In this document: positions 13,601-26,000 of the stretch, piece by piece
Layout: every line of letters begins with the position of its first letter
Numbering within the stretch: position 1 is the stretch's first letter
Assembly: GCF_033153115.1 (NCBI RefSeq)
Contig: NW_026889803.1
Span: forward strand, 43,338,001 to 43,402,000
Direction of reading: 5' to 3'
Source: Saccostrea echinata
Lineage: Eukaryota
Length of the DNA stretch: 64,000 bases
Notes under the pieces: generated by a model
Told to the model about the DNA's origin: nothing
The model's input: only the letters and a program-made list of their open reading frames with translations
The model's database searches: none
Position numbers and translations under genes: made by a program

Positions 13601-15638
13601 TTGAGCTATGTGCACCATTTTTTTTCTGTCCATTTCGTCATTTTTATTTGTTTGTGATCTACGATCACTGTCCTTTTGACCCAAAAAAATCCCATTATAC
13701 CAAGTAATACCAAATGGCAAATAATCTTTGCCTCTAGATTTTGATATAACCGGTCATATTTTAAAACGTTTTTCTTATAGGAGATGGTGTATCAATTGTT
13801 GAAAAAGACGTATCATGGAAACTTACAGGTCTTCAACGCTACCTTGTTGTTTGTCTAAAGCACTATATAGGCATCGAAGAATTGAAAGAAAAAGTAATTC
13901 TTTTCAAAAGTTCTCTGGACGAACATTTCAACGAGGTATTGCTAGAACCCTTACAAAGACTACAGTCTCCTGATGATTATGAAGAAGTGGATATATTAGT
14001 AGTTTACAATCTTCTTCGTAATGTTTGTGAACACATATATCCCCCTAAACGGGGATGGGACTACGAACCCGATGAAACTGACTTAGGACTGGGAGCTGAT
14101 ATTGAGAGGGCACGCCTAATGTGGAATAGATATTGCGATGGAAAGACTGTATTTGATGACTTGGATGCTTTATATGAAAGAATGCAGGAAAGATATGGAA
14201 ATATTGCGGTGAACATTAATGAAAAGCAGGATGTCGACCAGTGCCAAATGCCTAAAGAAAAAATATCGCCAAGTAAGTGCAAATAAAAAAAACTATCTTG
14301 AGTATTTGGATATTTATATGATACTTTTATACCAATATTGGCAGAGTTCAATTGCTGTAGAAAAAGTATAATCTTTCGAAACTTTTTGAAAGATAATTAA
14401 AGAATTACAATGAAATATCATTATATTTATTAATAGGTGTTCAACTAAAACCTGCATGCGAAGTTAGAAGTGGGGTTGTCATAAGAAAACAAACAACGTC
14501 GGTAAAGGAAATCCTAAATGAAAGTGGTTTAGCGATTTGTAAAGGTGCCATAGGATGTGGGAAGACTAGTTTTCTTAAATACTTCGATGAACTATACCGA
14601 GGATTAGGCTGGATTGTAAAATGGAGGGAGGAGGTTGTCAACAGTAATGATGTCTTTGTGAGAGAAAATGAGAAGATTCTTTTATGTTGCGATAACTTTT
14701 TTGGAACCTTTGACCGATGTGCCTACAGTGCCACGTCAGAAATTATTAATTTTTTAAATCATCGAGAAAAAGATGATGGTGGCCAACTGAAAATCCTGCT
14801 GGCTATTCATGATCATGTATATGATGAGTTGCAGAAGAATACCTCGATAAATATTCTACAAAATAAACGTGCAGTAGTTGACTTGAACGAGATAACCAAT
14901 GCTGAACAGATGCTAATTTTTAAAGAGCAAAGAAAGAATGGTCATTGTACCATTGATCCGAAATGTTGGTTCCGAAGGGTTGACTTTGAATCGCTGAAAA
15001 ATGCATTAAAACGGAATTCAGGATTAATTGGTGATCCAGCTTTAACTTTACTATATTGTAACCATCATGACATATTTGCCAAAAAAGAAGCCACATTAAA
15101 CCCTCTGAAAACACTGTGCTCTTTATTTCAGAATATTTCAGGAAAACCAAAGTTATTCAATATTCTTGTGTTCATCTTGTTTATTAAAACACATACCTTT
15201 GATAAGGAGATGCCAGCCTGGGCTGCAGCGGAACCGTTTGGACTAACAACTGATGAGATCCGGGAAAATGTCCGACATCTTCATGGATATCTTGATGTTT
15301 CTGTTGATGGAAGGACAATGAAAATGAAACATGAATTGTTAAGCATCGGTTTGTTCCACATTTGTGCAAGGGATCCTATCTATTTACCTGCTCTTTTAAA
15401 TCATTGCCACTTTCAGATGATAGAAGAACTCTTTCGTCCATCCAACTCTGAAACCCAGTCAGACTTTTCCATCATATTGGATGAAACCAATTTCCAAACA
15501 TTAATTTCTAGAATTATGAGAGACAATATGTATGTGAACCTTATAAATCACCCTTTCTTGCAAAATACTCAATTCTGTTTGAATTTGAAAAATAGTTGTC
15601 CGGATGACCTTTGGAAACGTTTCTTTTCAAAAAAGTGA
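5348..15638 (+). CDS. Type I transmembrane protein: signal peptide, 8-Cys ectodomain, S/T stalk, TM, DZIP3-like HEPN, nSTAND3 NTPase (~823 aa, 10 exons)
   Basis: Exons 5348-5576, 7367-7474, 7566-7602, 8604-8675, 8836-8987, 9243-9293, 9847-9933, 13089-13130, 13781-14272, 14437-15638. All introns are GT-AG with compatible phases; total 2472 nt = 824 codons including TGA, no internal stop. AATAAA at ~15732. An extra micro-exon could hide in the gap at 12909-13041. Confidence 0.8.
6450..6550. mobile_element. 101-bp hairpin MITE with 9-bp TSD
   Basis: CATCGTCGAATACCCACGGGTGATCT...AGATCACCCGTGGGTATCCGACGATG, flanked by TGTGCAATC at 6441-6449 and 6551-6559. Confidence 0.85.
7367..7474 (+). CDS. Receptor exon 2: Cys-rich ectodomain
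   Basis: GTCAVLNAQTYNLDSVPCVAPVGCPDKPYNPGELYN; TCAG| acceptor and |GTGAGT donor, phase 1 to phase 1. Confidence 0.8.
7989..8319. mobile_element. hAT-like MITE with 16-bp TIR and 5-bp TSD
   Basis: CAGGGGTGTGCAATTA...TAATTGCACACCCCTG; TSD CAAGG on both sides; internal ACTAGCCC repeats. Confidence 0.85.
8836..8987 (+). CDS. Receptor exon 5: transmembrane helix and basic stop-transfer
   Basis: GLVAGIIIVFLLVLVVSLVTLYIL followed by DKRNKWGLRKAIRKR. Confidence 0.8.
10520..12159. mobile_element. Non-autonomous mariner-type element with TA TSD
   Basis: TA|CGAGGGGTGATCAAAAAGTTCGCGAACTA ... TAGTTCGCGGACTTTTTGATCACCCCTCG|TA; no transposase ORF. Confidence 0.85.
10598..11245 (+). mobile_element. Pearl/HINE-type (non-autonomous Helentron) element nested in the mariner element
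   Basis: TTATACCCC..hairpin..GTATAATG start, (GTCA/GTCC)n microsatellite, and 3' GTGAGCTTGCT hairpin followed by a T-run. Boundaries approximate. Confidence 0.65.
12227..12800. mobile_element. MITE-like element with 19-bp imperfect TIR
   Basis: AAGAAGAAGGTACGGTTTT vs AAAACCGTACCTTGTTCTT. Confidence 0.55.
12909..13041. other. Assembly gap (other gaps: 16306-16440, 36285-36429, 57075-57296)
   Basis: N runs. Confidence 1.
13781..14272 (+). CDS. Receptor exon 9: DZIP3/hRUL138-like HEPN domain
   Basis: VDILVVYNLLRNVCEHIYPPKRGWDYEPDETDLGLGADIERARLMWN matches the family signature D(I)xLLYxLLRN..PPxxGW..P..D.S.GADIERxR..RN. Confidence 0.8.
14437..15638 (+). CDS. Receptor exon 10: nSTAND3-type P-loop NTPase with helical/winged-helix region
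   Basis: Walker A GAIGCGKT (14544-14567), Walker B ILLCCDNFFG, sensor strand KILLAIHDHVY, GxP motif IGDPAL, and HD-like MKHELL. The exon is in frame upstream of the ORF-track start at 14658. Confidence 0.85.
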
Positions 15639-15994
15639 TATAGCATACTATTTAATGCAGAAGACTCATTTATATACTCAAGATACTCTGAAATTTAAAA
15701 AGAATTATTTAATATGCTATAAAAATGTTGAAATAAAAATCTTTATTTAATTTTATTTTTTAGTAAGAATCAAAATTATCAAAATGACTAACAACAAGCT
15801 AAACTTACGAAACCACAATTTTGCATAATGATTTAAAATAGTAATACTAAATTAACCTTTATTCTCGGGATTTTGCCTTTGGAGCAGACACAGTTTGGTA
15901 ATTACAATTATCGTGTAAAACAAAGCTTTTAAAAATGATGAATATTACTTCTTTAATGTACATAGCTAACTGATGAAAAAAGTTTTCGTGAAAT

Positions 15995-16096
15995 ATGGAG
16001 ATGACGAACATCATTCAAGCTCAAAGTCAATTAAAACAATACAAATCGGGAGCAGAGCAAACACGGACCTCCAAAAACATCAGAGGTAGGATCAGG

Positions 16097-16100
<4 letters not shown>
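15995..16100 (-). repeat. Dispersed repeat fragment, same family as 62766-62975
   Basis: Shares GGCACCTGATCC(T/C)ACCTCTG...GG.GGT..GTGTTT with the 62.8-kb copy. Confidence 0.5.

Positions 16101-16157
<57 letters not shown>
16101..16157. repeat. (AT)n microsatellite
   Basis: Direct reading. Confidence 0.95.
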
Positions 16158-16158
<1 letters not shown>

Positions 16159-18385
16159 CGCAAAGAAATTCACTTTTTATTAGAGTACCCACTTCCGCCC
16201 CAGCCCGGGGTTGTACCGCTCGGCCATCAAGGCAAGTCCTAAAACTTGCTGCTTTCGATGCCGGTGGAATTCTCGCGGCGCTGTTCTACACTACACGGTC
16301 ATTAANNNNNNNNNNNNNNNNNNNNNNNNNNNNNNNNNNNNNNNNNNNNNNNNNNNNNNNNNNNNNNNNNNNNNNNNNNNNNNNNNNNNNNNNNNNNNNN
16401 NNNNNNNNNNNNNNNNNNNNNNNNNNNNNNNNNNNNNNNNAGATACGAAAATTTTATTTTTCAATTTTGGGCCCAGAAAGCATACAAGATTTTTACAAGG
16501 ATAATATCGAACGTTCTGAATGAAAGGTTACATACACAGATAGACACAAACACATAATATGATATAATCCATATAAGTAATTGTAGGTGCAGTAGTTGGG
16601 GTTCTGAAATTGCAACTGACACGATCATAAACCTGTCTTAACAATATATACCAGTATACAAATATGTATCTAGAACATTTTATGTTAACAGTACATACAA
16701 CTAAGTAAAATAAATACCATACAGTCTGTATGTATAAGTATTCAAAATTTTTCATATGTGTTTACTTATGGTATTATGCCTTTTTTGAAAGCTTTGATAA
16801 GATTTTCACAAGAACTTTATAATAATTAGTTTGTCTTCATTAGACATTAACCATATAAATTTTGTCTTTTTTTAAATTTTATTTTATTATTTTTTTGTTG
16901 TTGTTAATAATCTGTTTTTTTTTTTGGTCAAGCAATGAGATATCATGATAAAATTTATTTCTTTCCTAATTATATAATGAACATTTAGTAAGAAAGTGAT
17001 AGTCATCTTCTTTAAAATTTTGGTTACATAATAAACATGCTCTTTTTTGTTTCTCTCTAAAGGAATTTTTTGATCAGATTATTTTTAACAGATTCATATC
17101 TACCCTTCTCAATTCTTAGGTCATGGGCACTTATTCTAAATCTACATATAGATTTTTGCATTTCATGAAATTTAATATACATATAGTTTTCCATTGTAAA
17201 TTTTCCTTAAACATTAAATTAGAAGTTTTCCCGAGTTTAGTCCTTCTTCGCGTTTCATTGTCCAATATAGTAGAAAATGTTTTTTTCAAAATTTTTGGAA
17301 CTTGTTTTTTAAAAAAATTTGTTTTTGTATTTTTTACATTCTGATAATGAAATGTTTATTTTCTTACTGAAATAAATTACATTTTTGTACCAACAATTAA
17401 CATTGCCTAGACTAATATTTTGTGTATATGCATTATGTAACAATGAGGATTCTGGACTTGATTCCAACCTATACCAGTATAATAAAATGTTTTGAATCAT
17501 TGAGAAATACATAGGGTATCTTCCCAATTCAGAAATTATTGCAATATGTGTACTTTTTTCCTCAGCTTCCAATAGATATTTTAAAAAATTGATTTTTAAG
17601 CTTTGAACCTCCCACTCTTTAAAAATATCATATAAATGCTTGTCTCTTACATGTACCTTCGTGATGTAAGGGTTCCCCAAATTTATTTAAATGAGATCTT
17701 GCTTCTTTGAAGGAGCCACAGGAGGTAAAAATCACACCTAAGTATTTATATTTGTTTACACATTCAATATGTGAATTTTCAAGTGTGAACTTTTCATTAA
17801 TAAGATGACCGCTTTTGTTAAAGATCACTACTTTAGATTTGCTTGAATTAATTTCAAAGCACCAGTCTTTACAGTATTTCTAAAGTAAATCTAGTTTGTT
17901 TTGCAGTCCTTTTTTGGCTATCTGATAACAAAACAAGATCATCATCATCATATAAAAGTGAAGAGATTTTCTTTCCAGAAAGACTAACAAGTCCTATACT
18001 TTCTTCGTCAAGTAATTTGGAAAAATCATTTAGAAATATTTTTAAAAATGTTTGGGCTTAACACATCTCCCTGTCTAACTCCTATTTCTTGTCTATATGG
18101 GGGAGTTAACTTGTTATAAATATTTTTATAGAATTGTGGCTATGTCTGTACATGTTGTCCAGTATATTAAAAATATTTAATATTTAAATGTAAAACTTTT
18201 AATCTAATGCCTTCATAACTGTTTCAAAGGCTTTGCGAAAATCTCCAAAATATGCATATAGTCATTTATTGCCAGTGTTGATATGTTTGTAAATCAGACA
18301 TTTTATTACGTAAGTGGTCTAATGTTCTGGATTCTTTTGAAAACTCTATCTGAGTTTCATGTATTAGTTTGAGTTCTTTTAAGTA

Positions 18386-19683
18386 CAGTCAAACCTGTAT
18401 TAAGAGACCTTCCAACGAAGAATGGTTTGAACATATTTTATTGCAATAAATATATACAATGGGATTGGGCACAAGTTCTAAAAATTTAATTCGCCCTCTC
18501 CCTACATATTATATCACAAAAGATTGAATCAGACGGAGAAAGGAAAAAAGGTCACATATGACAGGTGGTCTCTTAATACAGGTTGCTTATTTTCCGCAGT
18601 GTTCAAATGTACAATGCTGAAAATATTACATGTGTATGTGTATTTTATAACATATTCTGTTTATTTTCGCTTTTTAATAAGCACTGCTAAACTCTAAACT
18701 CTAAATGATTTTACATTATAGGTACAATTCAGTAATAAAATTTGCTTGATCCGCACATGAGTTTGATTATAGGGAAATACTGTGAACATCTGAATATATA
18801 ATTTTTTTATACAGTATAAAAAAGCTGCAAAGATTTTTTTCTAGTATTTTTTTTTTTTTTTTTTACATGATAGCCTATTAATAACTTCGTATGTTTTGCA
18901 CATTACTAAAAATTAAAAACTGTATCATGATTTTTTTTATGCACTTGGTAAAAAATTATATTTATGACTAAAATCTATTTAACCTAATTAACTTTTTTTT
19001 TATTACTGAACTACCGCGTGTAATTGCCTGTTTGTCACCAGGTACATGTACTTCAATCACTTCAATTATCACCTGGCATGGGTGCTAGCTAGCGTGTGTT
19101 TACATACCCCGTTTGTGACACAATTCACTTAGATAAACATCTAGGATTTATTACTTGTTAATGAAAAGTTAAACAGGCAGGTTTATAGCTGAATATCCAT
19201 TTGGCCCTTATAGCATGAATTGATATCGGGATCGACCTCGAACGTCTATTTTCAAAATGGCACTCGATCATTGGAGAGAAAAAAACGTGAATGTTTATGT
19301 ATTAGATTTTAATGTTTATTCAATAAATATCAAAACGTAAGTAAAAATATTTATTTTGTAATGTTGTTTTATTCGCAAAACTCGCATTATATAATTATTA
19401 AATAAAATAAATGCGTGTCTGTAGATGTTTTGAACCAAAAAACATAGCATGCTCGAGCGAAATCGAAAGTATAGGAATTGGAAATTATATAGTCGTTAAA
19501 TCCAGGAAAAACTGCGTTGAAATTACAAAAAATGGTCAGGAAAATAACGGTCGCTGGTTGCGTTAGACAGGTGGTCGTTTAATACAGGTATAATATATAG
19601 GGAAAAGCGTAGGGAGGAATTCTTACGGTCACATATGACAGTGAGACGCTTAATACAGTGGGTCGCTATGGCAGTTTTAACTG
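18386..19683. mobile_element. pogo/Tc1-type MITE inserted in the LINE
   Basis: TA|CAGTCAAACCTG ... CAGTTTTAACTG|TA with subterminal ACAGGTGGTC..TTAATACAGG repeats. Confidence 0.75.
18423..18530 (-). mobile_element. Very short 3' end of a CR1-type LINE
   Basis: Closely matches 52411-52515 (TGGTTTGAACATATTT..GGGATTGGGCACAAGTTCTAAAAA..CGCCCTCTCCCTACAT). Confidence 0.7.
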
Positions 19684-21329
19684 TATGTATTTCAAAATCT
19701 GTTATTTAAAATGATATTAAAAGTTTTGTTATGCTATTGTTTACTGTTATTCCTATGTATTTTTGAGGTAACTTAGGATTATCTGATTTGAAGATGGGTG
19801 TTGTATAACCCTCTAGCCATTTGTCTGGATAAATTCCTGATGTTAATACAACATTAATCAATTTCAGAATACAGGAGTTTATGTAAATTTGGGATGTTTT
19901 TATCATTTCATTTGAGATGTTGTCTATAGCTGGGCCAGGGCTTTTCTCAAATGGTAATGGTTTTTTGGATTTCAGGTACAGATATATTGAAATCCAGTTT
20001 ATCAAAAGAGATAGCAGCCTTATTGTTTCATAATTCATTGATTTTAGTTTCAATAGTGGTGATTCTTTCTTTTTACTTTTCTGGTAGTTTAGATAAAGTA
20101 GTAGAATATTTAAACCATGTATCTTCATCTATTGACTTTTCGAAGTTTTCTCTTTTTTGTCTTCAGTTTCTCTCAGGTATTCAACTAGATTCCAATATTC
20201 TTTAGAATTAGTTTCATTAAGTTCATCTAATTTATCTAAAATACTTTGTCTAAATTTACGTTTTTTATTTTTCCGTAGTTTAGCATATTCCTTATTTAGT
20301 TTAAAGAATGGGTCTCTTAAGTAGGGGTTATTAGGAAATCTGGATAATAGTGTTGCTTTTTCAAATACGTGTTTACGCTTTTTTGTAAGGTCAGAATCAA
20401 ACCATTTTTTATTGCTTGTAGTTTTATAGTGTGATTTTCGTTGTAGAGATAGTTTTGCTCCTTTATTAAATATATTATGGATGTCATTAGTGGCTTCATT
20501 TTACTTGTTCATTATATTCAATGGTTTTATCTAGAAAAAGTTTAATATCATTTTGGACTGTTGGATGGAAGAAAGCATTTTTGAAGTTTTTTATAGCTAG
20601 GTTGTCCCATTTGTATTATCTTGGCATCTCTTGCATGTGCTTACTTGTACATTCTCTTTCAAAAGATGATAGCAGTTTAAGGGAGATTTTACAATGGCAG
20701 TCAGATAAAGGTGAAAAATCAGATACATGTACATACAAAATGTCATCTAGTACACGTAATTGTTCAGCTACAATAAAATAGTCAAGAACCAGCATAATTT
20801 TTTCCCCAATTTATTTCCCAGATCCTAATCTATAACAACATATAAATACTAACATCAAGAAAAAAAATAAAGCAACTGCCAGGGATGGGGCCCTGACTAA
20901 GCTCCTTTTAAACAATAATAATTTTGTCCTATGACGTCATGCAAGATGTTTCAAGTTAAAAAAAAATCCCTGAATACAAGTATTTTTTAAAATATATTAA
21001 TATAGTATACATCATGAATTAAGTTATGAATCATAGCTTTAAGTAGCTGTCAATAGAGGGAGCCACAATACGTATACAGTCTATTTGCCCCCTCCCCTCC
21101 CCCCCCCCCACTACTGGAAGCACTCCTGGAAGACGGGTCTCTTCTCAGTAGTAATGTATATAAGAATAAATAATTTTGTATTACATTATTTTAGAAAGAT
21201 TTTCAAAAATCTTATCTTACGCTTAATGTTTACATTTAGATATCGTAGTACTGAAGAATAGTAGCAAACTGATTTTTTTTACATGATTGTATATGTTGTA
21301 TTCAGTTTCACGGAAAGAGTCTAAACTAC

Positions 21330-22040
21330 ATAACATTTTATGTTTATATATTCTATATGCTACATAAGTAATGAGTAAGTTTAGAGATTTAGTTTTATCA
21401 TTTTTTTCATGGAAAAAACCAACAACAATATGTTTCCATTGAATTTTAAATGATAAAAAAGCTGCTTATAGTATTCCATATTCACATTCAAAAATTTGGT
21501 GTTTCACATTTTCTATTTTGTTACAATGTAGACACATACGTGTACATGATGTATCTTTTTTTTCACTTACTCACATAGGCATTGTTACATAATACATTAT
21601 TCAATAAGTTGTAGCTGAATTCTGCTATGTGTTTATCTTTCATATCTTTAATTTAATCTTACATTCATAAATATTTCTACCATTCGACTCCTCATATATT
21701 CCAAAATCTTTAGATAATATTGCTTGAAAACATGGTCTATAAAACTTTTTTCAATAAAATTCTTGTAGAAAAAGTTACTTGATTTTCCAGATACTGTATG
21801 TTAAAATATCCTGTAGGGAAGTTGAAATTCATGACATTTTGTTTATTTATATTACTTGAATTTGAAAATTTGTGAACTTTTCGAATACTCTTAGTGGCCG
21901 ATATATGAATTGTGTACCTACCTAGCCAATTAGATTTGTCAATAATATTGGAAAAATGGTTTAGTGATCTAAAAAATCCATTGTCATCAAACAAATCACA
22001 TATGTATAAAATTCCGGAATTAATCCAATTATCGAAGAAG
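21330..22040 (-). mobile_element. L1/Tx1-like ORF2 C-terminal fragment
   Basis: [23 protein letters not shown] and downstream AEFSYKL/Cys-His remnants resemble the post-RT region of Tx1 ORF2; degenerate. Confidence 0.55.
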
Positions 22041-22930
22041 AAAATTTCTGAGTATATTGATTTACATCTCCGTCCGCATGTAGAAAACTTGCCATCCAAT
22101 CTCAAGGACACCATAAACTATATAAACAAAACGCCCTCCACTGATCTTGAACTCAGATCATACCTTCCTTGTGACTATGGATGTTACATCGCTGTACACA
22201 AACATCCCGCACGATGAGGGTATTGAGGCCTGTAAAGAAGTCTGGGACAGAAGATCTATACAAATTCCTTCTACCGAGTCCCTCGTCAAGCTCCTTGAAC
22301 ATGTTCTCAAGTATAACAATTTCATGTTTAATGGAGAACATTATCTGCAAGTCAATGACACAGCTATGGGCACTAAAATGGCCACATCATATGCCAACAT
22401 CTTTATGGACAGGCTTGAACGCAACTTTTACTTCAGGCACCGTTTAGGCCCTTTAGCTGGTTGCGTTTAATTGACGATATAGAGATGAAGTGGGTGGAAT
22501 GCCGCAACAGACTCGAGGAATTAGTTTCCTTTGCTAACTCTTTCCATCATTCGATTAAATTTACTGTAGAAATATCCGATTCCAAAAACGTATTCTTGGA
22601 CACTACATCTACCCTGATTGATGGCAAAATTGAGTTCAGTCTACCCACGAAACCCACTGATTCCCACCTGTATCTCATGCCGACATGCTGTCATCCTCTA
22701 CACACATTCAACGGTGTGCTTAAGGGTCTAGCTACCAGAATCCGCCGCATCTGTTCATCCTCTGCTTCATACCAGGAAGAGAGCAATCTTCTAAAGCCCC
22801 ACTTATGCAAGAGAGGCTAAAAGCCTCTACCGTACAAACTGCTATAATTGATGAGATGGCAGGACGCGACAGACAAAACCTTTTACAATACAAGAAAAAA
22901 AAACAGTAGCAGCAGGGTTCCACTGGTAAC

Positions 22931-23061
22931 TGTAGTATTCCGGAATTCTGTAGACTTGTACCTTTTGGTTTTAAATGTTACTCAGGTACTTCCGTAATAA
23001 ATAGTTTGTAACCGCATGGAGCTGTGTTATAAATCTCATTTATTCGAGTGAATACACAACA
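22931..23061 (+). repeat. 5' LTR
   Basis: TGTAGTATTCCGG...TACACAACA. Confidence 0.95.
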
Positions 23062-23076
23062 TATCTGGCGACGAGG

Positions 23077-26000
23077 ATGGCCACTGGACGTATAGGAAGA
23101 GTCGATGTGTTCGATCCGGCAATCGAAACATGGACAACCTTCGAAGAAAGGCTGGACAATTTCTTCACAGCAAACGCAGTGGACGACAACAAAAAAGTTC
23201 CCGCGCTACTGAGCCTCGTGGGCCCCAAAACATACGCATTGTTAAGAGACTTAACAGCGCCTGAATTACCCAAGGCTAGGACGTACAAGCAACTTACGAA
23301 AGCACTGAAGGACCACTATTCTCCAAAACCGTTGGTTATAGTAGAAAGGTTTAGATTTCACAAGCGGGACCAGCAGGAGGGTGAGAGCGTCCGTGAGTAC
23401 ATTGCAGCTCTTCGTAAACTGAGTGAATTCTGTGAATTTAAAGACGTCCTTAATGACACACTACGGGACAGATTTGTTTGTGGATTGAAAAATGAACATA
23501 TTCAAAAGAAACTTCTCTCGGAGAAAAACCTCACTTACCAAACTGCGCTCGAGATAGCCATTGCGATGGAGACGGCGACTAATGACGCCCTGGAGATTCA
23601 AAGGAAACACCTTTCCATCACGTCCGGTGTCAACAAACTAAGTGTACCCAAGGGTAAGAAAAGAATTCAACAAAAGCAAACTACGGTAGTCCAGAGGTGC
23701 TACAGATGTAACGGAAACCATACCTCAGATGACTGCAAATTTATCCATGAAACATGTCGACAGTGTGGGAAAAAGGGGCATATACAACGAGCATGCCGTT
23801 CCAAACCAGCCACCATGAAACCACTACATACAAAGAGTAAACATGTTCATGAAGTGGAAGTATCGGATGATTTCGAACCAATGTTTTCACTATGCTATGC
23901 TATGGGAGGACTAAAGGATGCAATATGGATAAAGCCCCACGTGAATGGTCAAGAATTTCCCATGGAACTGGACACAGGATCAGCGATTTCAGTAATCAAC
24001 CGGAAAACTTATCAGCAAAATTTTTCCAATGTAAGGTTGATAGACACCGACATAAACCTAAGAACATACTCAGGAGAAAATATCACCCCACTAGGTGTAT
24101 GTTCAGTCAACGGATGGATGATCAGCAACAGCAGTTAAACTTGTATGTGGTCGACAAAGGGGGACCACCTTTATTTGGTCGAGAGTGGCTAAAGAACCTC
24201 AGACTAAACTGGGCAGAAATCAAGACATTAGAAACTAGAAAACAAGGCGTAAGCGAAGTAATTGAGAAGTACAAAAACGTGTTCACTGATGACCTGGGCA
24301 GGCTAAGGGACATATCAGCCAGAATAAAAGTAGAGGAGTCGGCGACGCCCAAGTTTTGCAAAGCTCGTGTGGTACCGTATTCGTTGCGCTCCAAAGTTGA
24401 TCAGGAACTGGACCGTCTTATCAAGACTGGAATTCTCAGTAAGGTAGAACACAGTGAATGGGCTACTCCCATTGTTTCAATACCAAAAAAGGATGGAACT
24501 GTGAGAATTTGCGGTGACTTCAAAGTCACAGTGAATCCCGTCTTGGACATAGACCAGTATCCTCTACCCAAGATCGAAGACATATTTGCAAGTCTGGGGG
24601 AGGTCGACAGTTTACAAAACTGGACTTGAAGAATGCTTATCTTCAAATGATGGTGAGAGAAGAGGACAGACATTATCTCACGATAAATACTCACCGTGGT
24701 CTATTTCAGTACAACAGGCTTGTGTTCGGAATAGCCTCGGCACCAGCGATATGGCAGAGAGCCATGGACACAGTTCTTTAAGGACTTGAGGGAGTACACT
24801 GCAACATGGATGATATGATCATTACTGGGAGAACACCTGAAGAAGACCTGAAAAACTTAGAACAAGTCTTGAAGCGACTTGACCGTTACGGGTTAAAAGC
24901 AAATGTTGACAAGAGTGAGTTCCTAAAAGACAAAATTGAATTTTGTGGCCATGTGATAGATGCAGAAGGACTCCACAAAACATCAAAGAAAATCGAAGCT
25001 GTGCTAAATGCTCCAGAACCAAAGAATGTGTCTGAACTCAGAGCTTTCTTAGGACTCGTAAACTACTATGGACGATTCATGGAGAACTTGTCTACTCACT
25101 CAGCGCCCTTATATGACCTTCTGAAGGATAATTCCAAATTTGTATGGTCAAAATCATGCAGAGCAGCATTTGAGAAGATCAAGAAACTTGTGACGTCAGA
25201 CCAAGTGCTCGTGCAACATGATCCCCAGAAGCCCGTAACACTGGCAACAGATGCTTCTCCCTATGGACTGGGAGCTGTGCTGTCTCACGTGATGCCGGAT
25301 GGTTCTGAAAAGCCGATTGCTTTTGCATCTAGATCACTTAGTCAAACAGAGAGGAAGTATGCACAAATTGATAAGGAAGCGCTAGGATTAGTGTGGGGGT
25401 GAAGAAATTTCACGCATACTTGTATGGGAGAAAGTTCACCTTAGTGACTGATCATCAACCTCTAGTATCTATTTTTCATCCCGAGAAAGGACTACCTGTG
25501 ACTACAGCAGCTAGACTACAGAGATAAGCGATTTTTCTATCAGGATTCCAATACGATATTCAATACAAAAACACAAAGAAACACAGCAACGCTGATGCCT
25601 TATCAAGACTTCCTGTTCCAACAGAAGGCGAAGGATCCAATGAAGAGGCTTATGATGTAACTGAACTGTATATGATTCAGCAACTTGAAAGCCTACCTGT
25701 TAGTAGTAAAGAAGTTCAGAGAGGAACCGTAAAAGACACCACTCTGAAAGTGGTATATGACATGACAGCTTCAGGATGGCCAGCATCTGCAAATAACCTA
25801 AGTGAAGAACTGAAAGCATACTTTTCTCGCAGAAATGAGATCTCAATTTATCAGGGATGCTTACTATGGGGAATTCGTGTTATCATTCCCCAGGACCTTC
25901 GTTCGCGTGTCCTAGAGGAACTTCATGAAGGACACCCGGGGATTGTCAAGATGAAAACTGTGGCTCGATCTCAATTTATCAGGGATGCTTACTATGGGGA

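Larger units (their letters stand above)
16690..20790 (-). mobile_element. Decayed LINE (APE endonuclease end, RT and C-terminal fragments; RTE-X/L2-like)
   Basis: Fragments DFSPLSDCHCKI, KSPGPAIDNISNEMIK..TPIFKSD..YIGITV, KYKYLGVIF and STHIAIISELGRYPM; many stops and frameshifts. Boundaries approximate. Confidence 0.8.

Noticed and set aside
13781-15638. Bacterial Avs/HEPN defence gene, contamination or recent horizontal transfer
   Set aside because: The coding region has spliceosomal introns, host-like composition and is embedded among animal TEs.
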